A stretch of DNA of 64,000 nt from assembly GCA_000004985.1 (NCBI GenBank), contig GG738907.1; one strand, 5' to 3'. The DNA is from Naegleria gruberi (lineage: Eukaryota). Every line of letters begins with the position of its first letter. The stretch's first letter is position 1. This document shows, one piece after another, positions 42,346 through 52,525 of this stretch. The position numbers were made by a program, and so were the translations under genes. The notes under the pieces are model-generated. The model saw nothing but the letters and a program-made list of their open reading frames with translations. It ran no database searches and was not told where the DNA came from.

Positions 42346-43105
42346 TTTGTTTGGAAATTGAAGTATTTTGTTGGTGTTGGTGTTTTTTTCATTGAGGAAA
42401 TGTTGATAAACTTTATTGGATTTTGGCCAAAAACTTGCCGGCCTCGAATTGAAAAGATACGCCACAAAAATGTCTTATTCTTGAATCCACCCCAAAGAAG
42501 CATATATGGATAGAGAATGCATTCTGTTCGGTTACTGAGTGTAAAACATGAAGTGACTTGTATTATTTCCATATAAGGATCATCCTTATAATTTCTAATC
42601 GAATAACATTTGTTTCTGTATGATAGATTATGTGTTATCTTGTATAAGTTAGGAAAGTGACGCAAATGACCATTAGATATGGACACATTAATGGATACGT
42701 GAGTTTCAATTAAGTTGAAAGAGTAATTGTTTCTGTGCAATAAAGCCATTGAAATAAAGTGGCCACCATATGCTATTATCTTTCGAATAATTACAGAATT
42801 GTGAGATTCACACCTGAAAGCATGAGATTCGAAGCCAGAAAAACTGAGTTTATCTTCAAGTTAATGTTATGGATTGGCTAGGTTATTGGATAAATATGGA
42901 TAAGGAACAAAAAGAGAACTTGTTTATACTTGAACATGAAATTATTCATTTCAGAATTATCATCACTATTATTAAACATTGAACTAAATCAATGTTTTGT
43001 CTTATTAATTTATTAAGGAATATACTAAAATAATTTTTGTGAATGATTGTAAATAGTGAAATGGAATCAATGCTTCATAACAAGGGAGAAGAATCATTAT
43101 TTCTT

Positions 43106-43786
43106 TTAATTGTTATCTTCATCATCATCCTTGAACTTGAAAAGACCATATTTTAGAACACTTCTAAACCACATTCTGATATATTCGGAAGAATATTTAT
43201 CCTCATCATCCAATTCTTCATTTTCTTTTATCATTCTCTCCTTTTCTGAGTGGGCCAATTTGTTTCTTTCAATAGCCTCTTCTGGTCCTGCTTCGAATTC
43301 TGCTTCACTCATCGATTTATAATCCATATCCTTGACATGACCATGTTTAATCAAATAATTGTAGAGCTGTGGATTAACTTTAGAAATGAGTTCAATTATT
43401 ATGCTTCTGCAAGGTTGTATCATGGCAATTTCTTTGAACAAGTGGTTGTAATTGGCACTTTCAATATCTGCAATCATTGAGAATACCACAAACGAAGAGT
43501 CATCTTCGAATGTTGCCTTGTCTAATGTTAATATCACATTTTCATCATTCTTATGAATAAATGTTGTTCTTTGTACTTCGATTGCATACTTCTCTTCTTT
43601 TAAAAAAGTAATTAAGCAAGGAATATTGTTAAGAGCATCAAAGTCCATAACTTTTTCCTGATATTCAATCACTCCACTGTCCATTTGCTTTGTTCTCTTA
43701 ATATAAATAAGGCATCTTTCTATGACCATGTTGAAAAATCTTAAACAAAATATTATTTTGCATGAGAGTACCTTCTTTGGAATCAT
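43106..43786 (-). CDS. conserved-looking hypothetical protein with an acidic C-terminus, main segment
   Basis: 226-codon ORF of complex, non-repetitive sequence (…EKYAIEVQRTTFIHKNDENVILTLDKATFEDDSSFVVFSMIADIESANYNHLFKEIAMIQPCRSIIIELI...). It overlaps the upstream ORF (43698..43976) in a different frame. Confidence 0.5.
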   Translation of the reverse strand: MIPKKVLSCKIIFCLRFFNMVIERCLIYIKRTKQMDSGVIEYQEKVMDFDALNNIPCLITFLKEEKYAIEVQRTTFIHKNDENVILTLDKATFEDDSSFVVFSMIADIESANYNHLFKEIAMIQPCRSIIIELISKVNPQLYNYLIKHGHVKDMDYKSMSEAEFEAGPEEAIERNKLAHSEKERMIKENEELDDEDKYSSEYIRMWFRSVLKYGLFKFKDDDEDNN

Positions 43787-43958
43787 AGAAATATTCAGTG
43801 TGGTATGTAATTTCCTTTTGATCGAACATTTCTTTCCATGAGCTCTGGCTGAACTCTTCTAATGGCATGATAAAATTTAATGTGGCTTGAGACGCAGAGC
43901 TAGAAACAGTTTCGCGCAAGCAACCAAGTAAGCTAGCAGGTAATCCTGATTGTATCAT
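43698..43958 (-). CDS. same hypothetical gene, N-terminal segment
   Basis: Real ATG at 43958 in aaaaaaATG context; the ORF-track start at 43976 is a TTG. It reads MIQSGLPASLLGCLRETVSSSASQATLNFIMPLEEFSQSSWKEMFDQKEITYHTEYFYDSKEGTLMQNNILFKIF.. and then the frame breaks. Confidence 0.45.
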   Translation of the reverse strand: MIQSGLPASLLGCLRETVSSSASQATLNFIMPLEEFSQSSWKEMFDQKEITYHTEYFYDSKEGTLMQNNILFKIFQHGHRKMPYLY

Positions 43959-44174
43959 TTTTTTGGTTTCGTACAATCAAAAGGGGTTTTCTCTTATCAG
44001 CCCGTTCGGAAGCATCCAATTGGATTAGGCCTTAGTAATAATACCAAAGATCAAATGTTGTGTTTGTGGATGGATCAATGACAAATTCAGTATCAATAAT
44101 TTATTAATAAGTATAAATGTTTGTGTAACTAATAAATGTATATATTTGTGTGTATTTATTAAATAAAAGAATAA

Positions 44175-44288
44175 TTATATCATTTGAATTGGTTTAGGAG
44201 GACCTCTACATCTAATTTCTCTCAAAACTTGTGCAGAACTACAACATGAACAAAATGTTCCAACACAACAATCAGTACAAGCATTTCC
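44175..44288 (-). CDS. PLAC8 domain protein, exon 2
   Basis: After a 135-nt intron (acceptor ..aataatag) it encodes GNACTDCCVGTFCSCCSSAQVLREIRCRGPPKPIQMI*, the C-terminal Cys cluster of PLAC8. Both exons are in phase. Confidence 0.7.
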   Translation of the reverse strand, partial: GNACTDCCVGTFCSCCSSAQVLREIRCRGPPKPIQMI

Positions 44289-44423
44289 CTATTATTATTT
44301 TACATATTCACACATTCCATATATTTATATAAAATTATCAATATATTCCAATAATTATATCAATTCACAAATATATCCATTCACAAATACATATATCAAA
44401 TCAATTAAAATTTGAAAACCTAC

Positions 44424-44984
44424 TTGTTGAATTCCATATAATTTTCTTGTAATATTTCTAACAATGGTTGACATTATGGTTGGAAAACAACAACTGATAC
44501 AACAAGTACACCACCAAGATGATTGATTATTTTTCACATATTTCAAAGCATCAGCATTAGCACATGGTAAACAACAACAAGTGTAACATGTTTCATTAAA
44601 ATCTCTAGCAGGATATATTTTACAATTCAATTCTTTCTGAGATTGTAATTTAGGTGTAAAAAATTTATCAGTTTCTGTAAAATTATCCGAATCTGAATCT
44701 TGTGAATCATCGTAATCAACATTTTGATGTTGTGATTCTTCATCATCTTCATCATCATATTCAACATTATTTTGAATGACAAAATATTTAGTTTCTGATT
44801 TGGAATTTGTTTTCACACTTAATTCTCCGGAGGAAAATAATCCTGAAGACCATTCCTTCTTTTTGTATTTTAATTTATTTGGTGAAAGAATTGGTTCCAC
44901 TACTTGTTGTTGTTTACTTTTAAATGATGATGATGATGATAGTGTGGAATTATCTTCGTCATCGTGGTAAATGACTGCTGACAT
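44424..44984 (-). CDS. PLAC8 (cell-number-regulator / FW2.2-like, DUF614) domain protein, exon 1
   Basis: ATG at 44984 in aaaaaaaaATG context. An acidic/Ser-rich N-terminus is followed by the PLAC8 core CYTCCCLPCANADALKYV...WWCTCCISCCFP...RKLYGIQQ. Donor CAA|GTAGGT. Confidence 0.75.
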
Positions 44985-45390
44985 TTTTTTTTGAGATATT
45001 TGAAATGTGATTATAATCATAGAGATGTTGATGAATATTGGTGTTGATAGATATGCCTCATTAGTTTGTTGTTTTGGTGTTGGGTAAAACGATGATTGAT
45101 AATTATTGTAATGAGAGAAATTGAAATTTCATTTGAAAAATTGTAATGAATTTACGCACATACGTTGATGAATGATTAAGGAATTATCGAACATTGAGGG
45201 AATGAAGAACAATGTTTTAAATATCTTTAAATTTTTGATGTTGTTTTAAAGAGGGGATTCTCGGAAGTTTCAACTCCGAATCAAATTCAAAAAAAAATAG
45301 GCTTCATCTTGTTGTTTTCAGAGAGAGAGAAAACATTAGCCTTTGGAAGAATTTTAGTATTTTATTAAATAGTATTAATAGTAAATTATA

Positions 45391-45456
45391 ATGGTATTGG
45401 GAATATTTGGATCATCGGTACGAATTGAAGATGGACGTTGTTCATTAGCACATCAG
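45391..45456 (+). CDS. LRRC51-like leucine-rich-repeat protein, exon 1
   Basis: ATG 45391, MVLGIFGSSVRIEDGRCSLAHQ, then a CAG|GTAGGA donor. The 150-nt AT-rich intron ends ..atatag. Confidence 0.5.
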
Positions 45457-45606
45457 GTAGGAAGATTTTATTAAACAAATTAAATATTTATTTCATCATC
45501 ATCATTATATTAATAATTCTATCATGATTATTATTATCGGAAATATTAAAATAATATTGTTAATATATATTTGTTAATATATATTTAAAATATATATTTA
45601 ATATAG

Positions 45607-46128
45607 AATTTAACTCAAGTACCATATGAATTATTTTCTAAAAAACAATTAAAGAAAGTTATTGATTTGGATTTATCACATAATGAAATTGAATTTCAAG
45701 GATTACAACATTTAAATCAATTTGAAAATTTAAAAACACTTGTTTTGGATCATAATTTAATTAAGAGTGATGTAAATTTAAATATGGGAAAACCATTACC
45801 TAATCTTGAATTATTATGGGTAAATTCGAATAATATTACTAATTTATCGGCGTTTATTGAAAGAGTTAAAGTTGTTTGTCCAAATTTACAATATTTCAGT
45901 ATGATGGCTAATAAGGCTTGCCCAAACTTTTTTGTTGGAGGAACTCCAGAATTATATCAAGATTATAGACATTTTGTAATTAGTAGATTACCAAAATTAA
46001 AAGTTTTAGATCAAAATAATGTTACAGATGAAGAACGTCAACAGGCTCTTCAACATTATGCAAATTTGAAAATTCAACCAACAACTAATACAGTGACAAG
46101 TAATCATTTAAATAGACCAAGTATTTAA
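45607..46128 (+). CDS. LRRC51-like leucine-rich-repeat protein, exon 2
   Basis: NLTQVPYELFSKKQLKKVIDLDLSHNEIEFQGLQ...LVLDHNLI...LWVNSNNITNL..., an LRR array followed by an LRRcap-like CPNLQYF..YRHFVISRLPKLKVLDQNNVTDEER. It is in phase with exon 1. The ORF-track M is a TTG. Confidence 0.7.
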   Translation, partial: NLTQVPYELFSKKQLKKVIDLDLSHNEIEFQGLQHLNQFENLKTLVLDHNLIKSDVNLNMGKPLPNLELLWVNSNNITNLSAFIERVKVVCPNLQYFSMMANKACPNFFVGGTPELYQDYRHFVISRLPKLKVLDQNNVTDEERQQALQHYANLKIQPTTNTVTSNHLNRPSI

Positions 46129-46187
46129 TAATTATATTTAATAATTGAATAAAATGTAAATAAAAAAATATTAAAAAATAGATATAT

Positions 46188-48875
46188 TTATGGAGTAATT
46201 TCATACAATCGAACACTATAATCCAAACTACATGAAAGTAATTCCAATCTAATTCCATTTGGATTTGAGGCATCAACTCTCCATTTAACACGACGAACAG
46301 TTAAACAATGTGAATCATTAGATGGAACTTCAAACTTCTTTTCCATTTTGATAACATTTTCATCAGTACTAACATTATCATATATTTGTATAGAACCATC
46401 TTCCATACCAATAGCTAATAAATATGGACTCAAATTCTTACTAGCAAAATATTCCTTAAATTCTTGATAAACTACTGTTGGAATGAATTGAATGGTTGTA
46501 ACTGGATGATCCATCTTAATAGCTTGAGCAACTTCCAAAGATTGATTCTTTTCATTACTTTCTCTGATAGCATTAGCTGCTTCTTCTGATGGTAATTTGA
46601 AAATCTTGATCACTTCATCACGTGAACCAGTTGCAACATACTTGTCATCATAAGTGAATGAAGCATCCCAAATAATACGTTCGTGACATTGTTGATAGAG
46701 TAAAGGAGAGTAGGTTGTGTTTTCTTCAACAGTCTTCTTTTGATATAAAATTAAACATCTATCTCTACTGACAGAACACATCCATTCATCATTATTACTG
46801 AATGCAATTCTACTGACAGTCAAATTGTGACCAGGAATAACATCAATTGGTCTAAAATCATTCTTAATATCCCATAAACGAATTTGAGCAGCGTTAGCTT
46901 GTTTGGCAGAACATGCTGTAGCCAAAATAGTCTTGGAATTATTGGAACTGACACAAATAATTTCATTAGCATGACCATAGAGTTTTTGTTGTTCTGGCCA
47001 TAAAGTCAATTGTAAAAGTTGAGTTTCAAAAGGTGGATGGGTAAGAGCACTATTATTACCACTAGAAAAGACAGAGAATGGATTCTTTTGTGAGGAAGCA
47101 TCAAGAACATCCAAATCTTCTTCCTCCTCTTCCTTTTCATATTCAAATTCATTGACAGTAATCATATCCTTTTCTTCTCCTTCTCTAATTGACTTGTTAG
47201 TCAAACCTAATGGTTGAACAGTAGCAGCCATAACTCTTTCTCTAGTCTTACCATATGCTTCATAGTGCTTTCCAGCCATCGAGTTCAAATTAGAAAGTGT
47301 ATTGATGAATGATTGAGGAGCATCCAAATAACGAATAACCTTTTCGTCACCACCACTGGCAAATGAGTAATAATCAGTAAATGCGAGACAATTCATATCG
47401 TAACCGTGAATTTGAGATCTAGCAATTTCTCTAACTGATCTATTCTCTAATGATTGATAATTCAAAGAATCAACATCCTCAACTTTAGTAGTATCTACAG
47501 TATCAATCCAAGTGAAACATCTAGTAGTTTGATCTGATGAAGTTGTCATAAAATAAAGACCATCCTTGGATGGTTCAACATCGAGATCCATAACACTATT
47601 AAAGTGGCCAGAAATACTGACCATTGGTTTCCATTCATTTTCCTTTTCTCTCAATTTCCACAAGTGGAAGCTTCCATGGAAAGCAGTACCCATACAGTAA
47701 TCAGCAAACATTGAGAAACAACCACTGAAATAACCCATTTGACCAAATAAACCACTCAAACCACCAAATTCACCCATTCTGAATTGATTCAACCAAACTC
47801 CTCCCTTTGATGTTGGAGACCAAATAGTCATTGTACGATCCATAGATGTACTAACTAATTGTAACATGTTTGGAATTGGATGCCAGTTAAGAGAGTGGAC
47901 CCAATCTTCATGACCAGTCAAAAGTGCATCCAATGTTAATTGATAATAGCTTGATTCAAATGAAAAATGATAAGTATTATACAAGTTAACAAGTAATTCT
48001 TCTTCTAACAAACTATCAGATGTCTTGGAATGATTGGCATCTTGTTCTGTAACTTTAGTAATTTTCCACAATCTAATTCTATTATCTTGACTGGCACTGG
48101 CCAAATAAACACAATTATCGATTGGAATAAATTTAAATGACAAGGCACGAATCCAATCTTCATGTCCCTTTAAAACTAGCACAGATTTGTTCGATTCCAA
48201 AAAGTATAAATGAATATTAAAATCAACACCACCACAAGCAACCATATAATGATCAAAAAGCTTAATCATAGAAACAGCTTCAATAGCCTTATGATGTTTA
48301 AATGTTTGAATCAGTTCATATACCTGATTTTTCTTTTCATAAACAAAAACGTGACCATCAGAATCAGCAACAACAATGTATCTCTGTTCAAGTGATGTCA
48401 CTTTTGTTAAATGTGTCTTTGATTTAATAGTTTGAACAATTTCATATGTAATCTCACTTTGATTAATATTTAATTTCCAAATAATAACTTCCTTTCCTCC
48501 GACACTTGTAATATAAATAGTATTATTATCAAATTCTTGACTATTAGAATAAATCATAAAAGAAACAGCATTCACTCTTTCAGTATGTCCTTTCAATGTA
48601 CATAAAATTCTATTATAATATGGTGAATAAATAGCAACAAATTGATTAGCGGAATATGCAAATAAATCTAAATGTCTATACTTTTCCTTGATAGCTGCAT
48701 CAACACGGATACAATTAGTATTGTCATAATCAATCTTTTGATTAGTATAAACTTGATTTTCATAAATATCAGAAGGTAATCTATACCAATCACTGCAGCC
48801 AGAAATTCTATTGGCTCCAATAGAAATAAATCTTTGATGAACGTTGTTGCCCGATGATGTTGTTGTTGTAGACAT
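46188..48875 (-). CDS. elp2: Elongator complex protein 2 (ELP2), WD40 repeat protein
   Basis: Single 895-codon ORF; ATG at 48875 in aaaaaaaATG context. It carries multiple ELP2-diagnostic blocks recalled from human ELP2: LTGHEDWVHSL (LAGHENWVNAV), STSMDRTMTIWSP..GVWL...GE.GG (SASMDKTMILWAP..GVWLEQVRVGEVGG), HGSFHLWK, ISGHFNSV, SDQTTRCF, IARSQIHGYDMNCLA, SGGDEKVIRYLDAPQSF, LWPEQQKLYGHANEIICV, SVSRDRCLILY. Confidence 0.9.
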   Translation of the reverse strand: MSTTTTSSGNNVHQRFISIGANRISGCSDWYRLPSDIYENQVYTNQKIDYDNTNCIRVDAAIKEKYRHLDLFAYSANQFVAIYSPYYNRILCTLKGHTERVNAVSFMIYSNSQEFDNNTIYITSVGGKEVIIWKLNINQSEITYEIVQTIKSKTHLTKVTSLEQRYIVVADSDGHVFVYEKKNQVYELIQTFKHHKAIEAVSMIKLFDHYMVACGGVDFNIHLYFLESNKSVLVLKGHEDWIRALSFKFIPIDNCVYLASASQDNRIRLWKITKVTEQDANHSKTSDSLLEEELLVNLYNTYHFSFESSYYQLTLDALLTGHEDWVHSLNWHPIPNMLQLVSTSMDRTMTIWSPTSKGGVWLNQFRMGEFGGLSGLFGQMGYFSGCFSMFADYCMGTAFHGSFHLWKLREKENEWKPMVSISGHFNSVMDLDVEPSKDGLYFMTTSSDQTTRCFTWIDTVDTTKVEDVDSLNYQSLENRSVREIARSQIHGYDMNCLAFTDYYSFASGGDEKVIRYLDAPQSFINTLSNLNSMAGKHYEAYGKTRERVMAATVQPLGLTNKSIREGEEKDMITVNEFEYEKEEEEEDLDVLDASSQKNPFSVFSSGNNSALTHPPFETQLLQLTLWPEQQKLYGHANEIICVSSNNSKTILATACSAKQANAAQIRLWDIKNDFRPIDVIPGHNLTVSRIAFSNNDEWMCSVSRDRCLILYQKKTVEENTTYSPLLYQQCHERIIWDASFTYDDKYVATGSRDEVIKIFKLPSEEAANAIRESNEKNQSLEVAQAIKMDHPVTTIQFIPTVVYQEFKEYFASKNLSPYLLAIGMEDGSIQIYDNVSTDENVIKMEKKFEVPSNDSHCLTVRRVKWRVDASNPNGIRLELLSCSLDYSVRLYEITP

Positions 48876-49224
48876 TTTTTTTGAAGGCTAGAAAAATTAA
48901 ATGATGAAAAACACGGAGTGCAATTTCAAATATTGATATTCATATATTATTATTAGTAATAAAAGAATCATCATCTGATGCAATTTGCTCTTGTCAATAT
49001 TTGTAGTATGAATAATGGTAGTACTATTCAATTTTTTGTTTTTAATTGACTTGTTGATGACAATTTTCAAAACCTTTTGTGCGTTAATGAGAATCTAGCT
49101 TTCAGAATGAGATTTTCCATTGAGGTTGGCTTTATTGTTAATAGTCAACTTATAAAGGACAATGGTACTAAGAATAATCAGTAGTTTCCCGCCTTTTCTT
49201 TGTACAAAAAACAAACTTGAAAAA

Positions 49225-50913
49225 ATGAATCACAGTTATCACGACGATGATGAGGATGAAATGATGATTAAATCATCAATGGAAAGAGAGGATACATACG
49301 ATCCAAACGAATACAACTATGGAGGCAATGATAACGAACATAATGAAGATTATGATGAGGCTGCATTAGAGGAAGATGATGATGATCAATACAGTGATGA
49401 GGAAATTCCTTCGGGAGGCCACAATTTTAATTTCTTCATACAAGGAGGTAAAATTCCAATAAGACAAACACCAATTGCACCAACCCTATCTGAAGATAAG
49501 AGTAGTGATAGGAAAATTAAGGAAGATGATGACTTTGAATACAATATGGATGAAAGTGAAGATGATGAAATCTATCCAATCAGCTCAGATGAGGATGATG
49601 ACCCTCCAGCAGCACTTCAACAGCTCAAACCTAGTATTCAAACGGTGATTAGGAGGAAATCTCCAATGAAGAATACTGAAGAAAAAGTTACACATTCTCC
49701 TCAATCGAATAGTAGACCTTCATCTAATTCATCGAATAAGATAAGAGCAACACCAACAAAAACAACAGCACCAGTTTTGCATGATAGTCCTGAACAAAAT
49801 AATGTTGTTCCTAGACCAAAACTTTCTCTTGGAGCTGTCAGTAGATATACAGATGATGACGATGTGAGGTCATTAACATCTAGTAGAACAAACAGTGATA
49901 ATCTTTCGATAGGAGAAGATAAAATGAAAAATCAACTCGATTATTTGAAACAAAAACAAGAACAACTGTACAAACTCAACCAACAGCTCAATGTGGAAAC
50001 AAAACAAGTTCTCAAAGAAACAGATGATATTGTAAAACAACAATCTAAAAAGGTGGAAAGTATCTCATCAAGAATTCCTTCTAGGCCGACAAGTAGTGCA
50101 TCAACAGTGAGGTCCAATACACCATCGAGTACTCATAGATCCAATGTCTCAACTGCAACAACTACAAGACCTTCTAGTGCACAACCTTCAGCAAAAAAGA
50201 AAGTAATGGAAAAAATTGAAGAAGCCAATCAATATGAAGATGATGACCTGGATAAGGCAGCAAACGAAATGAGTGTCGAAGCAGCCATGAAATTCTATAA
50301 GGCAAGAGTAAAATCACTCCAAAAAGATATTCAAGATTATTCCAATCAAATGAAACTCAAAGATGATAAAATCAAGGAACTGGATATTAAATATAATGCT
50401 GCCATGATAGAAAACAAAAAGGTTACAAAAGCTCAAACCCAATTCCATTCTAGATTGGATAGACAGAGAAAGGAGTTTGATGCTCTTCAACTAAAGTTCA
50501 AAAAACAAACAACACTCATGAATGAGATGCAAAAAGAAAATGAAAAGCTGAAACAAAATCTGAGGATGGATGGACCTGTATCAAACAAGGAAGTTGAACC
50601 AACCTCTGGAAACAATAACGACAGAATCAAAGATCTTAAATATACAAGAGCTTTGGAAGAAGTTGAAAAGCTAAAGAGTCAATTGTCAGAAGCTCAAAAA
50701 CAACAGAGAGAAGATAATGATAAACAAAGGAAGGATACCGAAAATTTGAGAAAGGACAATAAGCGATTAGAAAGACAGAAACAAGATATTGTTTTGGCCT
50801 TCAAAAAACAAATGAAATTAATAGATGTTCTAAAGAGGCAGATAATTCATTTAGAAGCATCAAAGCAACTATCGTTTACAGAAGAAGAATTTACATCACT
50901 TATGAATCAATAA
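49225..50913 (+). CDS. acidic N-terminus plus long coiled-coil protein (hypothetical)
   Basis: ATG at 49225 in aaaaaaATG context; the ORF-track start at 49162 is less likely. Asp/Glu-rich N-terminus, a Ser/Thr-rich middle, and a C-terminal 250 aa with heptad-like K/E/Q/L-rich sequence. Confidence 0.6.
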   Translation: MNHSYHDDDEDEMMIKSSMEREDTYDPNEYNYGGNDNEHNEDYDEAALEEDDDDQYSDEEIPSGGHNFNFFIQGGKIPIRQTPIAPTLSEDKSSDRKIKEDDDFEYNMDESEDDEIYPISSDEDDDPPAALQQLKPSIQTVIRRKSPMKNTEEKVTHSPQSNSRPSSNSSNKIRATPTKTTAPVLHDSPEQNNVVPRPKLSLGAVSRYTDDDDVRSLTSSRTNSDNLSIGEDKMKNQLDYLKQKQEQLYKLNQQLNVETKQVLKETDDIVKQQSKKVESISSRIPSRPTSSASTVRSNTPSSTHRSNVSTATTTRPSSAQPSAKKKVMEKIEEANQYEDDDLDKAANEMSVEAAMKFYKARVKSLQKDIQDYSNQMKLKDDKIKELDIKYNAAMIENKKVTKAQTQFHSRLDRQRKEFDALQLKFKKQTTLMNEMQKENEKLKQNLRMDGPVSNKEVEPTSGNNNDRIKDLKYTRALEEVEKLKSQLSEAQKQQREDNDKQRKDTENLRKDNKRLERQKQDIVLAFKKQMKLIDVLKRQIIHLEASKQLSFTEEEFTSLMNQ

Positions 50914-50914
50914 A

Positions 50915-51811
50915 TTATATGTATTCATCATCTAATAAGACTCGAGCATTATTTTGAGTATGTAAATAGTCAACTGTACTATTGACCAATTCGTAAACTT
51001 TCTTATTTTCACAAACATTGACATGTTTTATGAAAATTTTGTAAAAATCGTCCTTAAATAAAATGTTTGTTGTTGAATCCTCATTAAATGCAATAGTATT
51101 AAATTCTGTGAGTGCTGTATATTTATACCTTTCAATGATTTTTGTCATTTCCTTTTCATCAGAAACCTGTACACTGTCATTACATGTTACTACACTGTTA
51201 ATACACAAAAATATTGGAATATCTTTGAAAAGTTCCTTATATTCATTTAGAATATCCTTGAGTAATAAAATAGATTTTTTAAAGTCGTGATATATGGATA
51301 TTTGTAATTTTGTTATTCCATTGGAAAGGGTTATTTCATCGTTAAAACTCAACACTGATTCATATTCTTTTTTTTCCTCTTTTTCCTCCACTATCTCTTT
51401 AAGAATGTCTATTTCAATTAAATACTTGGCAACAAAGAATATACCATGTGTTGATTTGTAATAATCACTCCACATTGACTTTAAATTTCCACCAATATCC
51501 CATATCTTTAAAAAACAGTAATTTGCATAATTAAAATTAAATGTATTCTGTCCAATAGTTGGATTATAGAATTTCCGACTTGATTTAGAGTATAAATTAT
51601 TAAAATTAAATTGAAATATAGTTGATAGAGGCGATTTAGAGTCAAGTGTCATTATTTTAGAAGGTGAGTGAGAAAATATTTCCTGTTTGTTCATGTTTTT
51701 AATTGTTTGTAATAATTCTGTTTTCCCACTATTCTCCATCCCGATCAATAACAAATTGTAGGTTGGTGTAAAGCTGAGTTTTTCATAAACCAACTCGAAT
51801 AGTGATAACAT
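50915..51811 (-). CDS. divergent Arf/Rag-like small GTPase fold protein lacking a canonical NKxD box
   Basis: ATG at 51811. G1-like LLLIGMENSGKTELL; G3-like KIWDIGGN. No NKxD or HKxD. 298 aa with Lys/Glu-rich insertions. Confidence 0.6.
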   Translation of the reverse strand: MLSLFELVYEKLSFTPTYNLLLIGMENSGKTELLQTIKNMNKQEIFSHSPSKIMTLDSKSPLSTIFQFNFNNLYSKSSRKFYNPTIGQNTFNFNYANYCFLKIWDIGGNLKSMWSDYYKSTHGIFFVAKYLIEIDILKEIVEEKEEKKEYESVLSFNDEITLSNGITKLQISIYHDFKKSILLLKDILNEYKELFKDIPIFLCINSVVTCNDSVQVSDEKEMTKIIERYKYTALTEFNTIAFNEDSTTNILFKDDFYKIFIKHVNVCENKKVYELVNSTVDYLHTQNNARVLLDDEYI

Positions 51812-51955
51812 TTTTAGGCTTTTTTTATTATTATTTGATGATCAAACAATAATGAAATAGAAAAACTTCCGATTCGTGTTCTTCTTCAGCACCTGTAACA
51901 TCATGCATTGTACAATCAAAATATTGGACCATCGAGTCACCTCTCTAATTCAAAA

Positions 51956-52525
51956 TTATTCTTTTGGTTCTGGAATTTTGAAAGGACTTGTTCCATTATT
52001 AATTTGTAAAAGTACAACTCTAGGATCTTCTCCATTCACTTTACATCCTATACTAACACAAGTTCCTAATACTTCCTTTACTTTTGCTGTTAATGTTCTT
52101 GCTGTTTTACTAGATTTCTTAGTTTGTGCTATATGAATTAATTGATCAAAAGTCAAATTTCCATCATGAACAACATGATATTGTTTGTCACTTGGAGCCT
52201 CTCCTAAATTTGATATAACAAATAGAGGCGAATGTTCTGCCAATTCCAAATCAATCATATCCCTAGATTTTACAATAAATCTAACAGTAATATGTTTAGC
52301 AGACCAATTCAAAGCCTGAACCAATTCAGTAATTCTCTGAGAGATTACTTTAGGCGAAATTCCGAGTGGACCAAACACTGGTGCAAGTTTACCAGGATTT
52401 GGTTGTTGAGATCTCACTTTCACTACTAAAATAAGTGGATTATCTATTGAGTAATTTTTAGAAGTGGGCACGAGTTTTGTAGTAGTGCCAAAGCCTAAGG
52501 ATGGCGAGTAGGTTAGTGTTGACAT
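51956..52525 (-). CDS. uL11-family ribosomal protein (L11/L12 fold), divergent with an N-terminal extension; probably the mitochondrial paralog (MRPL11-like)
   Basis: ATG at 52525 in aaaaaaaATG context. PNPGKLAPVFGPLGISPKV matches the uL11 N-domain (PPVGPALG / APKIGPLG). ...GNLTFDQLIHIAQTK matches bacterial/organellar ...QLQEIAQTK. ...AKVKEVLGTCVSIGCKVNG matches the eukaryotic IKEILGTAQSVGC. Identity to cytosolic RPL12 is only about 35%. A 30-aa Ser/Thr/Lys-rich N-terminal presequence is present. Confidence 0.7.
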   Translation of the reverse strand: MSTLTYSPSLGFGTTTKLVPTSKNYSIDNPLILVVKVRSQQPNPGKLAPVFGPLGISPKVISQRITELVQALNWSAKHITVRFIVKSRDMIDLELAEHSPLFVISNLGEAPSDKQYHVVHDGNLTFDQLIHIAQTKKSSKTARTLTAKVKEVLGTCVSIGCKVNGEDPRVVLLQINNGTSPFKIPEPKE

